DNA of 63,879 nt, counting the filler, from Octopus bimaculoides (Eukaryota): assembly GCF_001194135.2 (NCBI RefSeq). It is 5 parts of 5 records of this genome, joined end to end, with 100 filler letters (N's around TTAATTAATTAA, not from the genome) between each part and the next. Parts side by side here need not be neighbours in the genome. Positions count along the whole stretch, not along the records: positions 49,309 to 58,742 come from NC_068987.1; positions 58,843 to 62,653 come from NC_068984.1; positions 62,754 to 63,879 come from NC_068997.1; 2 more parts are not named here. The stretch is one strand, 5' to 3'. Position 1 is the first letter of the stretch, and the number at the start of each line of letters is the position of its first letter. Under the pieces are notes generated by a model, which was not told the origin of the DNA, did not search any database, and saw only the letters and a list, made by a program, of their open reading frames with translations. Shown in pieces: positions 58,612-63,879 of the stretch. A program made the translations under genes and the position numbers.

Positions 58612-58742
58612 ATATCATCATCATCATCATCATTGTTTAACGTCCGCTTTCCATGCTAGCATGGGTTGGACGATTTGACTGAGGACTGGTGAAACCGGAT
58701 GGCAACACCAGGCTCCAGTCTGATTTGGCAGAGTTTCTACAG
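58612..58742 (-). mobile_element. RTE-type tail repeat running into a gap
   Basis: (atc)n-gtttaacgtccgctttccatgctagc. Confidence 0.8.
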
Positions 58743-58842
58743 NNNNNNNNNNNNNNNNNNNNNNNNNNNNNNNNNNNNNNNNNNNNTTAATTAATTAANN
58801 NNNNNNNNNNNNNNNNNNNNNNNNNNNNNNNNNNNNNNNNNN

Positions 58843-59137
58843 AAGAAGAAGAAGAAGAAGAAGAAGAAGAAGAAGAAGAAGAAGAAGAAGAAGAAGAAGA
58901 AGGAGAAGAAGAAGAAGAAGAAGAAGAAGAAGAAGAAGAAGGAGGAGGAGGAGGAGAAGGAGAAGAAGAAGAAGAAGAAGAAGAAGAAGAAGAAGAAGAA
59001 GAAGGAGGAGGAGGAGAAGGAGAAGAAGAAGAAGAAGAAGAAGAAGAAGAAGAAGGAGGAGAAGGAGAAGAAGGAGAAGAAGAAGAAGAAGAAGAAGAAG
59101 AAGAAGAAGAAGAAGGAGGAGGAGGAGGAGGAGAAGG
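58843..59137. repeat. Pure polypurine (GAA)n/(GGA)n tract
   Basis: Direct; about 295 nt without pyrimidines on the + strand. Confidence 0.95.
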
Positions 59138-59229
59138 AACTGCACTCAATTTCAAATGAGACATAAATACAGACGAGAAGTTAATCTCCATTATTATGAT
59201 GATGATAAGGAGGACTCAGCACTCGCTAA

Positions 59230-59470
59230 GGCAAGGAAATAGTGTAAAAGGAATGCCAAACAAGAAAGTTTGAAATATCAAGATATTGGCAAGAAAAATC
59301 ATTCCATGGGCAATACCCCATACGAGCTGGGGAAGCTGATGTAGATATAATAAGAACCCATTCGTGGCGGCAGAGTGCTGGTTTGAGAAGCCGAAACAAA
59401 AGGATGTATCCTAGCGGCACAAGAACACAGTCTCCTCGCTCGGAACTATCAAGCTAATGTCACACACCAT
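59230..59470 (+). mobile_element. Dong/R4 post-RT fragment
   Basis: ADVDIIRTHSW.QSAGL...GCILAAQEHSL.ARNYQAN. Confidence 0.65.
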
Positions 59471-60489
59471 GAGGTAAATATAAAGTTGGGGTTTGAATAA
59501 TCCACCTCTGGAAACATGGGTGTTTTGTTCATCATCCTTAAACAAACCTTGTTCAAGGACCTTTTGAGTGGGATGGGCTACTAAACCTGGAAAAAATTCT
59601 AACTGGACCCCCACCTGCAAGTCATGCGCTGTTTGTCTTGATATAAGATCACCGTGTCACGCACATATTGTTGTGATACTTGTGCCTGGTGTACCCTTAT
59701 CAGACGGGTAGCCATGAGGTGTATATTGGGTTTCGTATATTTGTACCCCAGTGTCACTTTGATGGCATGCACTGCTCTCTCACTCAGTAATAATAATGAA
59801 GAAGGCGACGATGATAATAAATCTTTTTTATTTGCCACAGGGGTATCAGAAGATGTGATGGGATGTTTTAATAATAATAATCGTCTGCATCTTGGGCACT
59901 AGTCCTGCAATTTTGAAGGGAAGGACCCAGTTGATTTCAATGATCCCCTGCTTAAATGTTACTTTATTTCATTGACAGCAAGAGGAAGAAATTTAAAGCT
60001 GATTTCGGCAGGATTTTGAAAACAAAACGTAATAAGTCGGAAGAGAGTCCGATATGCAATTTGTCCGATGTGCAATTTGTCCGATGTGCTTATGCAGTCA
60101 ACTTCAACCTACTTCACCCCATCTCATGCTCGCCATGGTGATCTATTCCACCGGACATCAGATAGTTGTCCCGCCGACGATTGTACAACCTAAAATTTTA
60201 CCTCCAATGAGAGTTGCACAACACCCCGCCACCCTACTCCTGACCCCTGACCCTCTGCACTCCATTAACACGATCCAGAGACAAGCCAAGGCAAGATCTC
60301 CAGTGCTAATATGGGTAGTAGATTCAAGAATGATCAGAAGAACAAGTAAAATATCTCCCAAAATGTCTAATGCCATTCCCTACAAAAGCGGGTTTATGTG
60401 TTAGACATGCTTTAACAAAAGCTGAGGAGTGCTTCACTCCCAGTAGACTTTCAACACATCGGGGACCAACCCATATTTTCTGAGAGCCC

Positions 60490-60665
60490 ATACATACATA
60501 CATACATACATACATATACATGCATGCATACATACATACATATATACATACATACATACATACATACATACATACGTAAGTACATACATACATATATAAA
60601 TACATACATACATACATACATACATACATACATACATACATACATACATACATACATACATACAT
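60490..60665. repeat. (TACA)n microsatellite
   Basis: Direct. Confidence 0.95.
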
Positions 60666-61690
60666 AGGGTATTCGGAAAGTAATCATATATTTTGCAAGA
60701 GAAACACAACTGTCAGATCCTATAAGACCGCAAATTTATTTCGACTTTCAAAGAATTCCACATCTTTTGATGAAAGAAATGTTTCCAATACGTTTGTTTC
60801 TGAATTTAGATCCAACATTGAAATTCTTTAGGCATTAAAACATGTCATAATGGAAAAAACAATAAAGATACTAATAATTTTGTTGAAGTACTTCCTATGA
60901 TATCGATATTATTTTGCTCCAAGCTCCATTTTCTGATTAATTCCATCTCATGTTATACCGGAAATCGACAACACTTCTGGTGCACAAAGGACGGCCACTC
61001 TGCATATAACACTTCATTTACACACAGAAGTTACTGGCAATAAAATATTTGCAGTAGTTGTCGCCCCTTGTTTGAGTATCGGATAAGGATCAGCATTATC
61101 TGCTTCGTAATCCACAAACCGTATGAAGTATGAAGACTTGGTTGTTTAGTTAACATAGTTTTCTCATTTACAGATAACAAATGTCTGGTCTTTTTTTCTT
61201 ATTGCTTGCTGCACCACTTACATTCAAATTTTTTGTGATTTATGTTAAACCAAAAAGAAATTCTATGTTATTCTTAAGCAGCAGTCTCCAGCGAATGGGG
61301 AAACATCGATTGCGATTCTCCAGCGGGAGATTTTGAGGGAACTAAACACTCTCTTGCATTGTTTTCCAGTTCCTTTGAAATGTTACTGCACATCTGAAAA
61401 TGACACATTTTGTTTTTCAGTTTCTAGGCCAAATCTCTGGTATTTTACGAAGGATCTGATTCAAATGCTTCTCTCAAAATGTTCGAATTCGTACGTCTTC
61501 CAGAACTAATATTTTCTAGAACGAAGCAGACGAAACAATCATGAACGTTAGTCTTCATACATCAGAGTTAACAGCTTCCGTTAATCAACAAATCTTCCAC
61601 AAACGTTACATTTTTCCACGTTCTCCTGTTTCGAGATTTATGTAACACACAACAACAAATAAGAGGCTTCTGTAAATTATTCATGTTAAA
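60665..61690 (-). mobile_element. Very decayed Tc1/mariner-superfamily element
   Basis: SGRRTNSNILREAFESDP..NTRDLA and weak VN..N / PY..G.T.VT..Y..M similarity in broken frames. Confidence 0.4.
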
Positions 61691-61813
61691 GGCAAAATTA
61701 TATTATATATTATTAACGACACACTACGCAATGATAAACTATATATCTGTCTGTGAGTGCTTGGCTGTGTATGTGTATATATATATATATATATATACAT
61801 ACATACATACATG

Positions 61814-61860
<47 letters not shown>

Positions 61861-61920
61861 ATACATATATATATACATATATAAATACATATATGCATAT
61901 AAACACACATACACACACAC

Positions 61921-61978
<58 letters not shown>

Positions 61979-62613
61979 ACAGACAGACAAATAATTATAT
62001 TGTTTGATAGTTTCCCTGTCTGGTGAAATTGTTTATGTCTACCAACTTAGTGGTCCGTCAGATAGCTGAAAGAAATAATTTACTTAATATTTCTCGATGT
62101 TTCGAAATTCTTATGATGTAAACAACTTACTATAAATATATATGGAAAGAGACAGAGAGAGGAAGGGAAAGAGGGAATATACAGACAATTTGTATACATA
62201 TGTAAATAGGCGGCATATTATAAACAACGCAATTCACTTATCGTTGAATTCTGACAGAAAAACAAAAAAAGTTATTTTCATTAAATGAACGATTCGTATT
62301 ACAAACTAATGCCATTATTAATATTCAATATAGAATACAACATTAACAAACCAACAATACAAACAACATCAACATCAACCTAATAAGCACACCAGATTTC
62401 CTGGAATTTATATATAAACTATGTGTGTGTGAGTGTGTGTGTGTTTGTGTGTGTGTGTGTCTCTGTGTGTGTGTGTGTAGACTTATATACACAGAGGATT
62501 ATATCTACTGCTCTTTCTATGTATGTATAATATATATACACATATATATATATTATACACACATATACACGTATGTATATATATATATGCGATGTATATA
62601 TACATATATGTAC

Positions 62614-62648
<35 letters not shown>

Positions 62649-62754
62649 TATATNNNNNNNNNNNNNNNNNNNNNNNNNNNNNNNNNNNNNNNNNNNNTTA
62701 ATTAATTAANNNNNNNNNNNNNNNNNNNNNNNNNNNNNNNNNNNNNNNNNNNNT

Positions 62755-62925
62755 ATACCATACAGAAAATTGCACTACTGGGCACTGCACACATCCTACG
62801 CAAAACACTTTCAATACAGTAACCATAAGAGCATCACAGCAAACCACAGCACATACCCAAAGCGCACAGAGCTGCGCTCGGTAGTGAAGTGAAAGCACGT
62901 TATAAAAATAAAACTACTGAACAAT
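62755..62925 (+). mobile_element. Dong/R4 3' end
   Basis: YTIQKIALLGTAHILRKTLSIQ* plus UTR ending actgaac(aat)n. Confidence 0.85.
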
Positions 62926-63081
62926 AATAATAATAATAACATCGAAAAATACCTTAGGAATGAGAACCCAGGTTCGAAATTTTCCCCAAGACACCTGATG
63001 AAGGCTGGAGGGTATATCAGCCGAAGCATTGTGTTAACAACAAACAAGATGAGGACAAATATCCGTCAAATGTAAATAATG
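62926..63081 (+). mobile_element. (AAT)n plus hammerhead tail, same family as 28320-28512; HHR at 62990-63035
   Basis: acatcgaaaaataccttaggaatgagaacc...gacacCTGATGAaggctggagggtatatcagccGAAgcattgtgtt. Confidence 0.75.
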
Positions 63082-63129
63082 TTCACCATCTCTGCCTGTC
63101 ATTTATGGATAGCTTTCTCTCAGTCCATT

Positions 63130-63879
63130 TCTAGATGAGACTAGCCACCCTACTCGTCACCTCATTCCAGTTCTACTGCACTTGGATATCTGAGCCAAAA
63201 CAGATGCCACACAATTTAACCGGACTGACATGGACCTACCACACCAGATGCCGAGCCGACGGCCAACTAACTCTTCTTGGTTGCCACCGCTTCGTACTTC
63301 CTTAGAACAGTGCCGATCACCTCGATGTTCTCGATGTCAGACACGATTTTGAAATCTTCGTTTCACAGAGTTATGGGCTGAAAATTATCAATGTGAACTT
63401 ATTTCTTTGGGGCCTTTCTCGGCAGTGCCACCGCTTCTCGACTCACAGAATAGGAAATTCTCTCGCCCTGATACCAATTACGGTAGACATCTGCCAAGAG
63501 GTTGCCAAACAAGCTCGGCATGTAACAGTAAAGCACGTATGGCAAACCACCCAAACCAAGCGATTTGCGCCCCGCGTAGCCAACCATCACTTCCCATATT
63601 TCCGCGGCGGTAACTGGTTTTTCACGACACTCTGTTTCCCTTGCCGAAAATCGCAGCAGGCCGTCGAGGCGGGCACTGAAATCCGTTCTGCGTTTCGGCC
63701 CGCCATTCATCCCGAACAGTCGACCGAAGTATTGTTGAAAAACTGGGCATCCGCTTGAGTTCGAGTAACATGCGTCCGTTATGGTCCACCAAAGACCGAA
63801 TTGTGTCTTGGTTGCCACGTAGCATCTCCACCACAAACGCCCATACAATGCCTTTTGTTCCCTCATTTTTTAGAGCATG
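63130..63879 (-). mobile_element. Tx1/L1-clade LINE RT N-terminal region, decayed
   Basis: FQQYFGRLF, ETEC.EKPVTAAEI..KSLGLGGLPY..Y, RK.PKK..IDNF.PITL.N.DFKI. Confidence 0.8.

Noticed and set aside
60054-60404. 116-aa ORF in non-repetitive-looking sequence
   Set aside because: No recognisable motif or splice structure.

Overview
This is a 64-kb AT-rich, microsatellite-dense animal genomic window with several N gaps. The SINE families, Dong/RTE/Penelope content and repeat density point to a coleoid cephalopod, most likely an octopus (inference). Nearly all ORFs in the supplied track are microsatellite read-throughs or decayed transposon fragments. Recognisable remnants include RTE, CR1/L2-like, Dong/R4 and Tx1 LINEs; three Penelope-like elements (PLEs); a Gypsy gag-pol fragment and a solo LTR; mariner, Tc1, hAT and Chapaev3-type transposases; MITEs; and many tRNA-derived SINEs. 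Three things are not captured by the ORF track. (1) About 13 minimal type-I hammerhead-ribozyme (HHR) motifs fall into about 8 unrelated sequence families. Most sit in short palindromic or inverted non-coding elements, one family is fused to a tRNA-like Pol III head, and one motif lies in the 3' end of a PLE. (2) A phase-consistent, stop-free chain of + strand exons (27076-37246) encodes an Ig-like domain, a Ser/Thr stalk and a hydrophobic segment. (3) An orphan 28S rRNA fragment is joined to a decayed R2-like retrotransposon exactly at the canonical R2 target site. All calls were made by eye, and boundaries of decayed elements are approximate.
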